A model generated the notes under the pieces. That model was not told where the DNA came from. It did no database searches and was given only the letters and a program-made list of their open reading frames with translations. From contig CAZWPT010000045.1 of the NCBI GenBank assembly GCA_964635675.1, positions 79,691-143,690 on the forward strand: DNA of 64,000 nucleotides. The letters are read 5' to 3'. The position numbers were made by a program, and so were the translations under genes. Shown piece after piece: positions 37,647 through 47,313 of this stretch. This DNA comes from an uncultured Nitrososphaerota archaeon (lineage in GTDB: Archaea; Thermoproteota; EX4484-205; JAAOZP01). Positions within the stretch are counted from its first letter, which is position 1. Each line of letters opens with the position of its first letter.

Positions 37647-38645
37647 TTGAAGAATCCGACAGTCGTGTTTCAGAAGCCTAAAAGTGTTGTCGTTGAAGAA
37701 AGGGAGACGCCTGACGTCAAGGGGGATGAGGTTCTCATAAGAACTAAGCGGAGCCTGATTAGCATAGGAACCGAGCTTACTATCTTAAGCGGAGAATTTC
37801 CTCCCCAGTCTTATTGGGCGGGCTATGGGAAATACCCGTTTGTCCCAGGCTACGATAATATAGGCTTAGTTGTCGATACGGGTCCAGATGCTGACCGGAG
37901 TCTAATAGGGAAAACCGTAGCCTCATACTCTCCTCACGCCATGTATGTTTCAGCCTCTCAGAAGGATGTTATGCTTGTACCTCAAGGTGTCTCGGAAGAG
38001 GAAGCGTCCTTCTTCACGATAGCTGAAATCGTTATGAACGGTGTTAGGAGAAGCCAGCTTTCCTTCGGAGAATCCGTCGTGATCTACGGTGCCGGGATAC
38101 TCGGCCAGTTGACCGTGAGGATTTGCAAGATGGCGGGCGCGATGCCAGTTATCGTAGTAGACGTATCGGATAATAGGCTTGAATACCTTCCTGAGAATAT
38201 TGTTAGGATAAACCCGTTGAAGCAGAATGTCGCCTCAGAAGTTGAGAAGCTGACTAAGGGGAGGATGGCGGATATTGTTTTCGAGGTTACTGGAAACCAG
38301 AACCTGATTGTTGAAGAGCTTAAATGCTTAAGAAGGCTTGGGAGATTCGTCGTTTTAAGCAGCCCAAGAGGACCAACTTATATAGACCTTCATGATTATT
38401 GCAATGCGCCAAGCTTCACTATAATAGGTGCACACAACTCTTCACACCCGCCTGTTGAAACCCTGAACAATCCGTGGAGCAGGAGGAGGCATGTCGAGCT
38501 CTTCTTCGACATACTACGTAGCAGGGAGCTGGATGTTTCCAGATTAATAACCCATAGAGTGTCCTATGCGGATGCTCCAGAAGTCTACGAGCAGCTCTTA
38601 AAGGACAGGACGAGAGCGCTGGGTGTAGTAATCCTCTGGGATTAA
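37647..38645 (+). CDS. medium-chain (zinc-type) alcohol/polyol dehydrogenase family protein
   Basis: The protein has a GroES-like N-terminal domain. The Rossmann motif is GAGILGQLTV. Confidence 0.8.
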   Translation: MKNPTVVFQKPKSVVVEERETPDVKGDEVLIRTKRSLISIGTELTILSGEFPPQSYWAGYGKYPFVPGYDNIGLVVDTGPDADRSLIGKTVASYSPHAMYVSASQKDVMLVPQGVSEEEASFFTIAEIVMNGVRRSQLSFGESVVIYGAGILGQLTVRICKMAGAMPVIVVDVSDNRLEYLPENIVRINPLKQNVASEVEKLTKGRMADIVFEVTGNQNLIVEELKCLRRLGRFVVLSSPRGPTYIDLHDYCNAPSFTIIGAHNSSHPPVETLNNPWSRRRHVELFFDILRSRELDVSRLITHRVSYADAPEVYEQLLKDRTRALGVVILWD

Positions 38646-38719
38646 GGCTATGTGAATCCGGGACTCGTGAAAAAATTAAGCTGAAAAGTTTTTATAGGGA
38701 TGAGTTAGATGCCAACCCT

Positions 38720-39712
38720 ATGAATGAGCTTATAGAACCATTGATAACGATGGTAATTTCTCTAGTAGCCCTACTCGTAAGCAGCAACATAGCCATTAAA
38801 AATTCTGTAAAGCTCTCTGAATTAACTGGATTAGGAAAATCACGAATAGGCTTCACATTTGTAGCAACGTTAACCTCCCTTCCTGAGCTCGCAGTAACCC
38901 TGTTTGCAACAATATCTGGAGAAGCAGTGGTGTCCATAGGCAACGTCCTTGGGTCGAATGTTGCCAATATTTCTCTAATAATTGGGCTTGGGCTACTACT
39001 TTATGCTTTGAAATTAAAGAAAAAAGAGCTTGTTACTATTAAATTTAAGCCTGAAGAGCTCGATATGTTTTACCTTGGGATTTTCACGGCTTCGGTCATT
39101 CCTATTCTCTTGATAAGTTTTCTTCCTGCAAGCCAGATAGTTGGAGGACTACTTATAGTTATCTATATTTATTATACATACAAAATAATCGCTAAAAGAG
39201 AACTATTACTAGAAGAGCTCGAAGAACCAAGGGAAGCAAGCAAAAGTAAGAAAACCTTAATAACTTGCATAGTGCTGGCCATTTTAGGCATAATTGGGGT
39301 TGCATTGAGCGCAGACTTCCTAGTTGATTCGACTGTGAAACTAGCACTCCTACTCGAAGTATCGCCCTCCATAATATCGGCCACCATCATTGCTATAGGA
39401 ACGAGTTTCCCAGAACTCTTTATCTCCATTCAATCAATGTTGGCAGGTCATACAGATCTTGCTTTTGGCAACGTCGTAGGAAGTAATTTCACAAACATTA
39501 CGCTCATATTTGGCATAACACTTTTACTCTCCCCCGTTAGGCTGAACATCAAGGTTTTCTCGGACCTGGTTACATTTTCTATTCTTGCAAACATACTGCT
39601 GTGGTATCTCATGCATAGGGGAGGCCTCGGCTGGAGGGAAGGATTATACTTGCTAATACTCTACTCTTTATTCCTCTCATCCATTATGGGAATACTGGTT
39701 TTTCCGGAATAG
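38720..39712 (+). CDS. Ca2+/Na+ antiporter (CaCA family, YrbG/NCX-like)
   Basis: Two alpha-repeats are present: GNVLGSNVANISLIIG and GNVVGSNFTNITLIFG. Confidence 0.85.
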   Translation: MNELIEPLITMVISLVALLVSSNIAIKNSVKLSELTGLGKSRIGFTFVATLTSLPELAVTLFATISGEAVVSIGNVLGSNVANISLIIGLGLLLYALKLKKKELVTIKFKPEELDMFYLGIFTASVIPILLISFLPASQIVGGLLIVIYIYYTYKIIAKRELLLEELEEPREASKSKKTLITCIVLAILGIIGVALSADFLVDSTVKLALLLEVSPSIISATIIAIGTSFPELFISIQSMLAGHTDLAFGNVVGSNFTNITLIFGITLLLSPVRLNIKVFSDLVTFSILANILLWYLMHRGGLGWREGLYLLILYSLFLSSIMGILVFPE

Positions 39713-39721
39713 GCCTAAAAA

Positions 39722-40120
39722 CTAGAGTTTAACAAACGACTCCTTAATCATTAACACTCCTCTCTTCCCTACAACCTTCCTCATAAGGCTTTGAACATCT
39801 TTGAATGTCCCCTTAGCGAAAATCGCCAACATGCATTTTTCCTCATCAAGATGAATATGGACGTCTGAAACAATAAGGTTTATGAAGCTGTGTTGAATAT
39901 CTGTTATCTCCTCCTCCAACCCGTGCATCCTGTGACTGTAAACTATCATCAACAAGCCCGCAACCCTATCTTCTTCCTCATGCGGAATGCTTAAGAAATT
40001 CCTTATCGCCTGCTGGACAACCTTAGACCTGTCGGATCTAATTGAACCCACAAAGTTGTCCAGCTCCTTTATCAAATCCCTAGGCAGCGAGATCGACGTC
40101 CTAACAATCCTGCCTGCCAT
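39722..40120 (-). CDS. nikR: NikR-family nickel-responsive transcriptional regulator (ribbon-helix-helix domain plus metal-binding domain)
   Basis: The N-terminal RHH is RTSISLPRDLIKELD. The C-terminal part carries the high-affinity Ni-site pattern H-x-H-x5-C (DVHIHLDEEKCM), plus an upstream His. Confidence 0.7.
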   Translation of the reverse strand: MAGRIVRTSISLPRDLIKELDNFVGSIRSDRSKVVQQAIRNFLSIPHEEEDRVAGLLMIVYSHRMHGLEEEITDIQHSFINLIVSDVHIHLDEEKCMLAIFAKGTFKDVQSLMRKVVGKRGVLMIKESFVKL

Positions 40121-40156
40121 AGTTGAACTCCTTCAGATCAGTATTATAAACATTAC

Positions 40157-40636
40157 CTAGGTAGCGTTGCCAGCCACGTCTTTCTCTAAAAGTTTAACCA
40201 TCACGAGCGCGTCGCACCCGTTCGGATAATATCTTCTTCGCAATCCCATAGGGCTGTAGCCCAAAGACTCGTAGAGCCGGATCGCAGCCTCGTTATCAAC
40301 ACCCACTTCTAAACGAATAGCTTTAACACCGTCTGCCCTAAACCTAGATTCAAGCTCATGCATCAGCATTCTACCCACGCCTCTTCTCCTCAACCTGGGC
40401 TCTACAGCTATGGATACTACTCTTCCAAGGTTTCTTCCAGCAAGACTTCCGCAAACATACCCGGAAACTCCTCCCGAGCATTCGGCCACCAGGAAATATC
40501 TTGGGTACTGCTTCAACAGGATTGTGAAAACATCCATGGAGTAGGGATATCTTGGAAAGGAAGCATTCTCTATTCTCATTACTGCTTCTAAATCAGTCTT
40601 CCTGGCATCTCTCAGCAAACAGTCGTGTCCAAGCAT
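40157..40636 (-). CDS. GNAT N-acetyltransferase (RimI/Ard1-like protein N-terminal acetyltransferase)
   Basis: VVSIAVEPRLRRRGVGRMLM is the acetyl-CoA-binding motif. The protein is about 150 aa. Confidence 0.7.
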   Translation of the reverse strand: MLGHDCLLRDARKTDLEAVMRIENASFPRYPYSMDVFTILLKQYPRYFLVAECSGGVSGYVCGSLAGRNLGRVVSIAVEPRLRRRGVGRMLMHELESRFRADGVKAIRLEVGVDNEAAIRLYESLGYSPMGLRRRYYPNGCDALVMVKLLEKDVAGNAT

Positions 40637-40727
40637 CTTTTCAGCCGTTGAACAATACGGTTTCTCTATGCCATTAAAACCTTACGCAAGCGTCGCCAGA
40701 AGTCTAAGTGTTCGAATAGAAGAGTTT

Positions 40728-43067
40728 TCAGCCTGTTCCGAATGCCATCAACCCCTTCCTAGGTTCTTGCAGCAGGGTCTGCTCATCTACCCCAAACACT
40801 TTTAGTATTCTCATTGCCGCTGGAATTATCTGGTTCTTAACATAGTACTCGTAATCAATATCCTTCTTCTCAACAAGCTGGTAGGGTCTAGCCCTCTCAC
40901 CTATTTTCGAAGACCCCCTTATAACAATGTAGCCAACCTTGTCTCCTACGTCTATTCTCCAGCCTCTCTTAGAGAGCTCGAGCGCAGCTAAAACGTGCGG
41001 CGCCCTGACTTCGTAGGCCTCCGGGGGCTTAGTCATCCTCTTCCATATGATCATCTTCTCCATCTCGATCTTACCGCTTCTGGTATCCGTAATAATGCTT
41101 CTGACGAAGGACACTGCTTTGCCAATATCCATTGTTTCAAGCACCGTCTTGAGAACCCCGAGCTGAGTCTCCTTAGCAATCTCCGCCCAATCACCCCTGA
41201 CAACCTCTAAGCCCACAACCTCGAGACCACCGTCTTCTAAAAGACCACCATACCTTTTCTTCGCCTCGGTGAAAAGTATCCTCCTGTATTTCTTGTCGAC
41301 CCTCGCCTCCATCTCAAGCTCATGCTCAATCCAGCTCAGCAATTCCTTAAGCTTCTCGCCATCCATGATGAAGATGCTGTCCGTATCCCCGTAGACTATC
41401 TTCATCCCCATTTGCCTGGCTTTCTCAATAGCCATTCTTATCGTATACCTTCCCCATTCCGCAACGGATTCAGCAACCTCCCTGAGATACCAGCGTGCAC
41501 CGATCCAGCCGGCGTAACCGTAAAGCGTGTTCGCAAGTATCTTTAGGGCTTTCTGCCTAGCGTCTAGAACCCGGTGTTCAACACCCCCCTCCTTAACGGT
41601 TTCAAGCCTCTTCCTCACGCTCCTCCTAGCCTCAAGGAGTTTCTGAAGCATGCTTGTGTATACCCCCCTGTAGTCCTTCCTAAACCTGTGCTTCGACTCG
41701 GGTGAGACGAAGCAATCCCTGCATTCCTCACCCTCAGGAACATACGTGTCAGGTGAAATATTATATTTCAACATGAGGTTAGGATACATGGATGAGAAAT
41801 CTATAACGCTAACATTCTCGTAAACCCCTTCCTGAGGTTGTAGAACTAGACCCCCCGCGTAAGGAACGTATGGCTTCTCAATCCTTTGAGGGATTAATTC
41901 CCCTAGGGAATAAGCCTCTCTGATCAAGTATGCCTCAGCCCTGTGGCCGGGGGAGGCTGTGAAAACATGGTCCATCGGCAGGCCGGTTATCTGGGAAAGC
42001 TGAATCGCGAAATCGCCCAGCATCATCCAAATCCTGTATACCAGCTTTGCATACTCCTCGGATTGTTTGAAAAGCCTCTCCGCCTCTGAAGAGCAAAGAT
42101 ACTCGGGGTATTTATGCTCAGGAATTCTGTATTCGACGCTTAAACTGAGTGACTGAGCATACTCGTCCAACGTATACTCCGTCAACTGCGGGTTTTCACG
42201 TGCATTGTGGAAAAGATCCATGTTGATCCTCCCTGTTACCGAGACGTGTCCGAAAACGCTTGTGTGAGGCTTAGCATAGTTTCGTCCAACCTCTAGCGGA
42301 ACATCAACCCTCTTGCACCTCTCTGCCAAATAACTCCAGTCCTCAGTTATACCGTACCCTACTATAATATCTGGATCTAAAGTTTTAACATGATTCAGAA
42401 AATCCTCTATAAGATGCTTGTCTGTTTTCCCGTCGTACTTAAACTGTCTCAACATCTTCCCGTCATAGGTAGATATTGCAACAATAGGATCATGCTCTGG
42501 CTTAGGAGACCCTTTTTCACCCACTTTAAGAAAATGCGCAGCCATCACGCGGAGCTCAGGAACCCCTTCTTCCTCCAATGGTTCAACTGTTTTAACCCTG
42601 AAGGTTTCAACATTGGGTAGGGATGGGAGGGACTCGTTGCTTTCAACTTCTGCTTCAAGCCAGGAGGACGGCGTGATGTTCTTCTCAAGAAGATACCTCG
42701 TCGAGAGCCTGATATCCCCTTCGTAAGCTTTTTCGAAAAGTTTAAGCTTCTCCAACTTTCCAACAGCCCTCTCAACATTTTCAGACCTGTCCACGTATAC
42801 TTTAACCACCCGGACAGGCTTCCCGAGAACCCTCTTGGAGCAGACCTCCATCCTGGTGACGCCGTAGCGCCTACCCTCAGGAATGGCTTCCCTAACTGCC
42901 TCCTCAGGTTCAATACTGCTCAAAGGCTTTAGGAAGAAAAAGTTTTCAACCTCGTCATCAACAAGTAAAACTCTTCTTCCAGCATCTGAAACCCCCCAGA
43001 GGAAAACAGCATCTCTGCCGGAAAGGAGATCCACATTTAGATCTAGAAGCCAGAGCTTCAGCCTCAA
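40728..43067 (-). CDS. polB: family B DNA polymerase
   Basis: Pol motif A is VIDFSSMYPNLM, motif B is LKILANTLYGY and motif C is VYGDTDSIF. The positions of exonuclease motifs Exo I and Exo II lack the acidic residues (see findings). Confidence 0.9.
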   Translation of the reverse strand: MRLKLWLLDLNVDLLSGRDAVFLWGVSDAGRRVLLVDDEVENFFFLKPLSSIEPEEAVREAIPEGRRYGVTRMEVCSKRVLGKPVRVVKVYVDRSENVERAVGKLEKLKLFEKAYEGDIRLSTRYLLEKNITPSSWLEAEVESNESLPSLPNVETFRVKTVEPLEEEGVPELRVMAAHFLKVGEKGSPKPEHDPIVAISTYDGKMLRQFKYDGKTDKHLIEDFLNHVKTLDPDIIVGYGITEDWSYLAERCKRVDVPLEVGRNYAKPHTSVFGHVSVTGRINMDLFHNARENPQLTEYTLDEYAQSLSLSVEYRIPEHKYPEYLCSSEAERLFKQSEEYAKLVYRIWMMLGDFAIQLSQITGLPMDHVFTASPGHRAEAYLIREAYSLGELIPQRIEKPYVPYAGGLVLQPQEGVYENVSVIDFSSMYPNLMLKYNISPDTYVPEGEECRDCFVSPESKHRFRKDYRGVYTSMLQKLLEARRSVRKRLETVKEGGVEHRVLDARQKALKILANTLYGYAGWIGARWYLREVAESVAEWGRYTIRMAIEKARQMGMKIVYGDTDSIFIMDGEKLKELLSWIEHELEMEARVDKKYRRILFTEAKKRYGGLLEDGGLEVVGLEVVRGDWAEIAKETQLGVLKTVLETMDIGKAVSFVRSIITDTRSGKIEMEKMIIWKRMTKPPEAYEVRAPHVLAALELSKRGWRIDVGDKVGYIVIRGSSKIGERARPYQLVEKKDIDYEYYVKNQIIPAAMRILKVFGVDEQTLLQEPRKGLMAFGTG

Positions 43068-43166
43068 CTCTGAATACTATGTTAACTGGAGGATTTTAAG
43101 CTTTCTAGGATCCTTCAAAACGAACATCGTTCTAATCTTTTGCCTTTTCCTGAGGAGTTTAAAAAG

Positions 43167-43577
43167 CTACTTGCTGACAATTCTGACCTTCAGCAATCTA
43201 TGGATGTCTTCCGACTTGTTAATAATATTTTCATCAAACGTTGCAAAAATTTCCGCATGGATTTCAGCACAGATTACTAGATGAAACAAATCCAGGGTTC
43301 TAAGCTTAAGCTCTTCAGCCAGCTTCGGAGCTTTAATTATTATGTCGTTAAAATCTACGTCTATAACTTTAGCTCCAGATTGTTCAATCGAATAAAGAGC
43401 GAAAGCCATAGGGTTATCTAAATCAGCTCTGGAAAAAGCTGAAGCTAATTCCGCCAGAGTAAGCCTACTTACAGCTCTATTGCCTTCAAGCGTGCTGAGA
43501 AGGCTTTTTGCATCCCCGTGCTTTGAATCCAACTCGTCAACATAAGAGATAATGACATTCGTATCTAAGTAAATCAT
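43167..43577 (-). CDS. vapC: PIN-domain ribonuclease toxin (VapC)
   Basis: MIYLDTNVIISY gives the first acidic residue. Further conserved D/E positions are present. The gene overlaps the upstream small gene by 4 nt. Confidence 0.8.
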   Translation of the reverse strand: MIYLDTNVIISYVDELDSKHGDAKSLLSTLEGNRAVSRLTLAELASAFSRADLDNPMAFALYSIEQSGAKVIDVDFNDIIIKAPKLAEELKLRTLDLFHLVICAEIHAEIFATFDENIINKSEDIHRLLKVRIVSK

Positions 43578-43828
43578 CTGGCCCTGTCTTCCTCGAGCAG
43601 CTCGTTAAGACGACCGTGCCTAATCCTAAAATTCGTTTTCTTCAACTCCTCAACTTTTTCGTGGGCTGAATCCCAGAATTCAACCTCCTCGACAACCTTG
43701 CTGAGCCCTTTTTCAATCATTATGTTGAAAGCATGCGACCTGCTTTTCGCAAGGCCATACTTAACCATCTTATCGGCTAGCTCCATGAGCTCTTTGCGAA
43801 CCTTTACTGAGACTGTAACCGATACCAT
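43574..43828 (-). CDS. vapB: VapB-type antitoxin (small DNA-binding protein)
   Basis: 84-aa ORF overlapping the vapC start (ATGA-type overlap). It is basic and helical, as expected of an antitoxin. Confidence 0.55.
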   Translation of the reverse strand: MVSVTVSVKVRKELMELADKMVKYGLAKSRSHAFNIMIEKGLSKVVEEVEFWDSAHEKVEELKKTNFRIRHGRLNELLEEDRAR

Positions 43829-43916
43829 GGTATACCATGTATACCATACTCGACTATAAAAACATTTTGCTCGGTTGAAATATGATTGCGAGAGTCCTAC
43901 GCCGCTGGTGAAAAAA

Positions 43917-46900
43917 TTAAGTGGGTGAAGGTGGCGGAGGAAGCCTTTGTCCCCTCCTTCTCAGGATGATCGTTAGGACAAGCAGAGTAATCACCACCAC
44001 TATCGCCAAGCATACTATGGGCATCGTGTAGTTCGGCTTGAACATTGCAACAACAGTTTTGTCGCTATTCATCATTATGGTTGAGGATGGGCTGGTTGAA
44101 GAAGAGTCCCCGGACCATCCGGCAAACTCATAATAGCCCCCTAGGATTCCTAGGAGGCCCTCTATCTTAACCTGCGTCGGCGCAACGCTGAATGTGGCGG
44201 TCTCGTTAACTAGGTACCAGCCTGAGCCCTTGGTATCGCCATATGGCGACTCGACCTTCAGCTGAACGTAGGGCCCTATGGTGAAGACGCCGGAGATGTT
44301 CTCGCTACTATAGAAGCCATCTGAAACAATCACCTTAACCACGTAGTTTTCAGAAGAATCGTAGGGACTCGGATCCCATGTGATGGAATCCACAGTTAAA
44401 TCAATATCTATGGGAAGCCAGCTTTCTCCCCCGTCTGGGCTCATTAGAACAGTATAGTACAACGTGTCCCCGTCAGCATCCCTGCCTTCCCAGGATATCG
44501 TGAAGTTACTCCTCAGGCTCGAAACTATTTCCCCCGCCTTAGGGATGAGGACTTTCACCTGGGGCTTGTTGGCGGATGCAATCCTCCTGTCCAGAACCCT
44601 GTTCTCGGAATCCCTGAGTTCCACGATGCAAATATTCTCACTGAAAGGCAGGTAGAACATGAAGCTATACCTATCCGTATACATTTCTCCCCAGAACGTG
44701 GCGTTTATTCCAAACCTTGAAAGCTCAACCCCATTCGAGTCCAGCAACACTATCGAATAGTCCCCTGGTAAGCCTGGAGATTCAACCCTGCTAGCATTGC
44801 GTACTCTGAAAGGATCTAGGCGGCCAGTTCCATTCAGATAGATCACTCCGCTCACACGTATCGCCATCGGGTCTCCGCCAGAAGGATTAAACCATCCGAA
44901 CATCAGTCTTCTATACATTTCAGGCTGGATCCACCACGGAGCCCCTCCGCACGCCGACATTATGTAGCAACGTCCCGGTGCAATATACTCCTCATTGTTA
45001 ACCCAGTAGCCCTCTGGACATTGATGTGCTTCTGGGCATGAGTAGTCGTCGTAAGGCATCGGGCCTAAGACATGGTACATTTCGTGAGATAAACAGGAGA
45101 CGCAGGAATAGACATCTACGTAGGCTGCCTTTGGCCTAGACGAAGACCAGGTGCATCCTCCTCCACCTACAACTCGAAACGCTATGACGAAGTCATATCC
45201 AGCATCGTCAGCCATCCTCGCCAAGCCATTTGTACCATATAGGAAACTCCAGGCTGCGTTCCCTGAGCAAGTACACCAGTCTCTGCAGGCATCGTCGCAA
45301 GGATAGTTACAGTCTGTACAGGGACAGGTAGATCTAATATATGCATTATATTCTCTCCAACAAGTCAGGTATAAATTTCTAATCCGTATGGTTGGAACAA
45401 TATTCCAACGTATCGCGCCTTCCGCCGTCGGGTAGATTGCTTGAAGAAACTCGACCTGTTCCCTAGCTTTAGGTAACAATACGCCCGTTCTAAAAGCCGA
45501 TTCAGATGACCAATGCCCACCCAAATCAGTGTCTAAGGCACTTGTTCTTTCAGTAGCATTCTCAGCCCAAGGGTAGAAGAGGATTCTTATGGGCCTCGTT
45601 CTCACAACACGTTTAGTTGAACTGAATACATTGTTGTCTTCATCTATTTCTCTCACCCTATCTCCTATATCTGCTATAACACTATAAATTACTGTACCGC
45701 TTTCTCTCCTCTCACCCGTGTGGCTAGGAGGATAACCGAAAATGCAGTATTTTGGTCTGGGTGTAGAGCTAGGATAAGAGGCCGTATAGTAGCTTCCTAT
45801 AAACGGATCTCCTGTTAAGACACCAGTACCGGTATAAGAGTGCACCCTGGGGAGATATATGTCAGTTTCTCCTACATATCTGGAAGCCATATGATCTTCA
45901 ACTACTATTGTTCTTGAAAACATGCTCTGAGGAATTATAACAGTAGTTTCAACCCATCCTGAAGTAGCATCATGATTGTCAGGTAGTTCCCAATCCCATT
46001 CGGAGAATGGTAGAGAGAGACGTATATCAAATTGCACGGGAACTTTAGGCGTTCTGTCGCATATAGCCTGCACATTGATTTTAAAAATAGTCGACTTGCC
46101 CTCTACAAGAGGTACAGAATCCATTAATACTTGAACCGGGATCGCCGAAACCCTTACATCTACACGTAACCCCTTAAAGCTAACCGTAACAATTCTAACA
46201 TCCATTCCTTCAGGACCTGAAGGCTCGATTTCCTCCGGCTCTGTAGTGATTCTAAGCCTGAAATCGCGCTCCTCGCTGAGATAAGGATATCTGGTACCAA
46301 TCTGGATAGCGATTGTGCACACGAGATCCCTGCTGCCGACCACGCCTTCACAAGGGGGAGACAGAGTTACCCCCGGAATATCCAAGATGCTTCCTTCCGC
46401 CGTCACGAAGCAAGGAGTTATTCGAAAAGTCCTGTTTCCCACCCCCGATGTGCGTCTAACGGTGACCTCAAACAGGCTTTGTTCAGTCCCGCGCGCACGC
46501 CCCAAGACAATTTCGTCTAAATACACCACTGCCCTAGACTCGTCCCCCTCATCCGTCAAACGTCTAACCGTGACGCTGTATCTCCACGGAACCTCTTTTA
46601 TTCTTAAAGTGTATGTTTTCGAGGCTGTGAGCCCCTTGTCGTCCCTTACCCTAATTGTAACAGAGTATTCTCCGTGGCTTCCGATCAACGGAGTCCCACC
46701 TATGCTTATCCTGTCTGTTCTCCCCACGGGGCAGCAACCCACGACCTGCCAGGTTAGGTTGGTGCGTTCAGTCGACAAGCCGGTGACACTCCAGCTGTAT
46801 GGCGGTGTGCCTCCCGTAACCTGTATTGTCGCACCGTAGGGAGAGCCTTCAGTCGCCTCTGGGAGGGAATCTGGAGATATGGCGAGTCCTTCCACGTTAA

Positions 46901-47273
46901 TCGCGTAGTCTTTATAAACATATATCGGCTGAGGCTGGCCGAGAACTGTTATCCTAGCCTTCACGGTGAACTGGTATGTGCCTACGCTGGAGGGTGTTCC
47001 TGAAATGACCGCGTTATAAGCGTCCTGCTTGCTCAGCGTTAAGCCCGGCGGTAGGCTTCCTGAAGAGACTTCCCAATTGTCCACTGTTCTTTTCGGTTCA
47101 GTATAGAGCTGAACACTGTAGAACTGCCCTACAGCTGCGTTCGGAAGCGTATCGGGTTTGATGGTTAACTGCGCCAGAACAATAGTGAGGTTAAGGCTTA
47201 GAACAATCAGAAGAATAAACAGGATGGTGACGCTATACTTTTCACTCAATTTATCATTGTTCCGTGTTTTCAA
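43917..47273 (-). CDS. very large secreted surface protein (1118 aa) with N-terminal Ig-like repeats, a central HExxH zincin-like motif, a C-terminal Listeria-Bacteroides-type repeat, a TM anchor and a polyproline tail
   Basis: A signal peptide is present. LPPGLTLS ... ISGTP is a putative Ig-like domain. CVSCLSHEMYHVLG is the HExxH. YYEFAGWSGD is an LB-type repeat. The C-terminus is a TM helix followed by RRRGQRLPPPPSPT. Confidence 0.7.
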   Translation of the reverse strand: MKTRNNDKLSEKYSVTILFILLIVLSLNLTIVLAQLTIKPDTLPNAAVGQFYSVQLYTEPKRTVDNWEVSSGSLPPGLTLSKQDAYNAVISGTPSSVGTYQFTVKARITVLGQPQPIYVYKDYAINVEGLAISPDSLPEATEGSPYGATIQVTGGTPPYSWSVTGLSTERTNLTWQVVGCCPVGRTDRISIGGTPLIGSHGEYSVTIRVRDDKGLTASKTYTLRIKEVPWRYSVTVRRLTDEGDESRAVVYLDEIVLGRARGTEQSLFEVTVRRTSGVGNRTFRITPCFVTAEGSILDIPGVTLSPPCEGVVGSRDLVCTIAIQIGTRYPYLSEERDFRLRITTEPEEIEPSGPEGMDVRIVTVSFKGLRVDVRVSAIPVQVLMDSVPLVEGKSTIFKINVQAICDRTPKVPVQFDIRLSLPFSEWDWELPDNHDATSGWVETTVIIPQSMFSRTIVVEDHMASRYVGETDIYLPRVHSYTGTGVLTGDPFIGSYYTASYPSSTPRPKYCIFGYPPSHTGERRESGTVIYSVIADIGDRVREIDEDNNVFSSTKRVVRTRPIRILFYPWAENATERTSALDTDLGGHWSSESAFRTGVLLPKAREQVEFLQAIYPTAEGAIRWNIVPTIRIRNLYLTCWREYNAYIRSTCPCTDCNYPCDDACRDWCTCSGNAAWSFLYGTNGLARMADDAGYDFVIAFRVVGGGGCTWSSSRPKAAYVDVYSCVSCLSHEMYHVLGPMPYDDYSCPEAHQCPEGYWVNNEEYIAPGRCYIMSACGGAPWWIQPEMYRRLMFGWFNPSGGDPMAIRVSGVIYLNGTGRLDPFRVRNASRVESPGLPGDYSIVLLDSNGVELSRFGINATFWGEMYTDRYSFMFYLPFSENICIVELRDSENRVLDRRIASANKPQVKVLIPKAGEIVSSLRSNFTISWEGRDADGDTLYYTVLMSPDGGESWLPIDIDLTVDSITWDPSPYDSSENYVVKVIVSDGFYSSENISGVFTIGPYVQLKVESPYGDTKGSGWYLVNETATFSVAPTQVKIEGLLGILGGYYEFAGWSGDSSSTSPSSTIMMNSDKTVVAMFKPNYTMPIVCLAIVVVITLLVLTIILRRRGQRLPPPPSPT

Positions 47274-47313
47274 TATATAAATATTGCGTCCCTCATTGTC
47301 GGTTTTAAGGAAG

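Noticed and set aside
46315-46839. 174-aa plus-strand ORF
   Set aside because: It is embedded antisense in the 1118-aa surface-protein gene. It has no start context and no motif.
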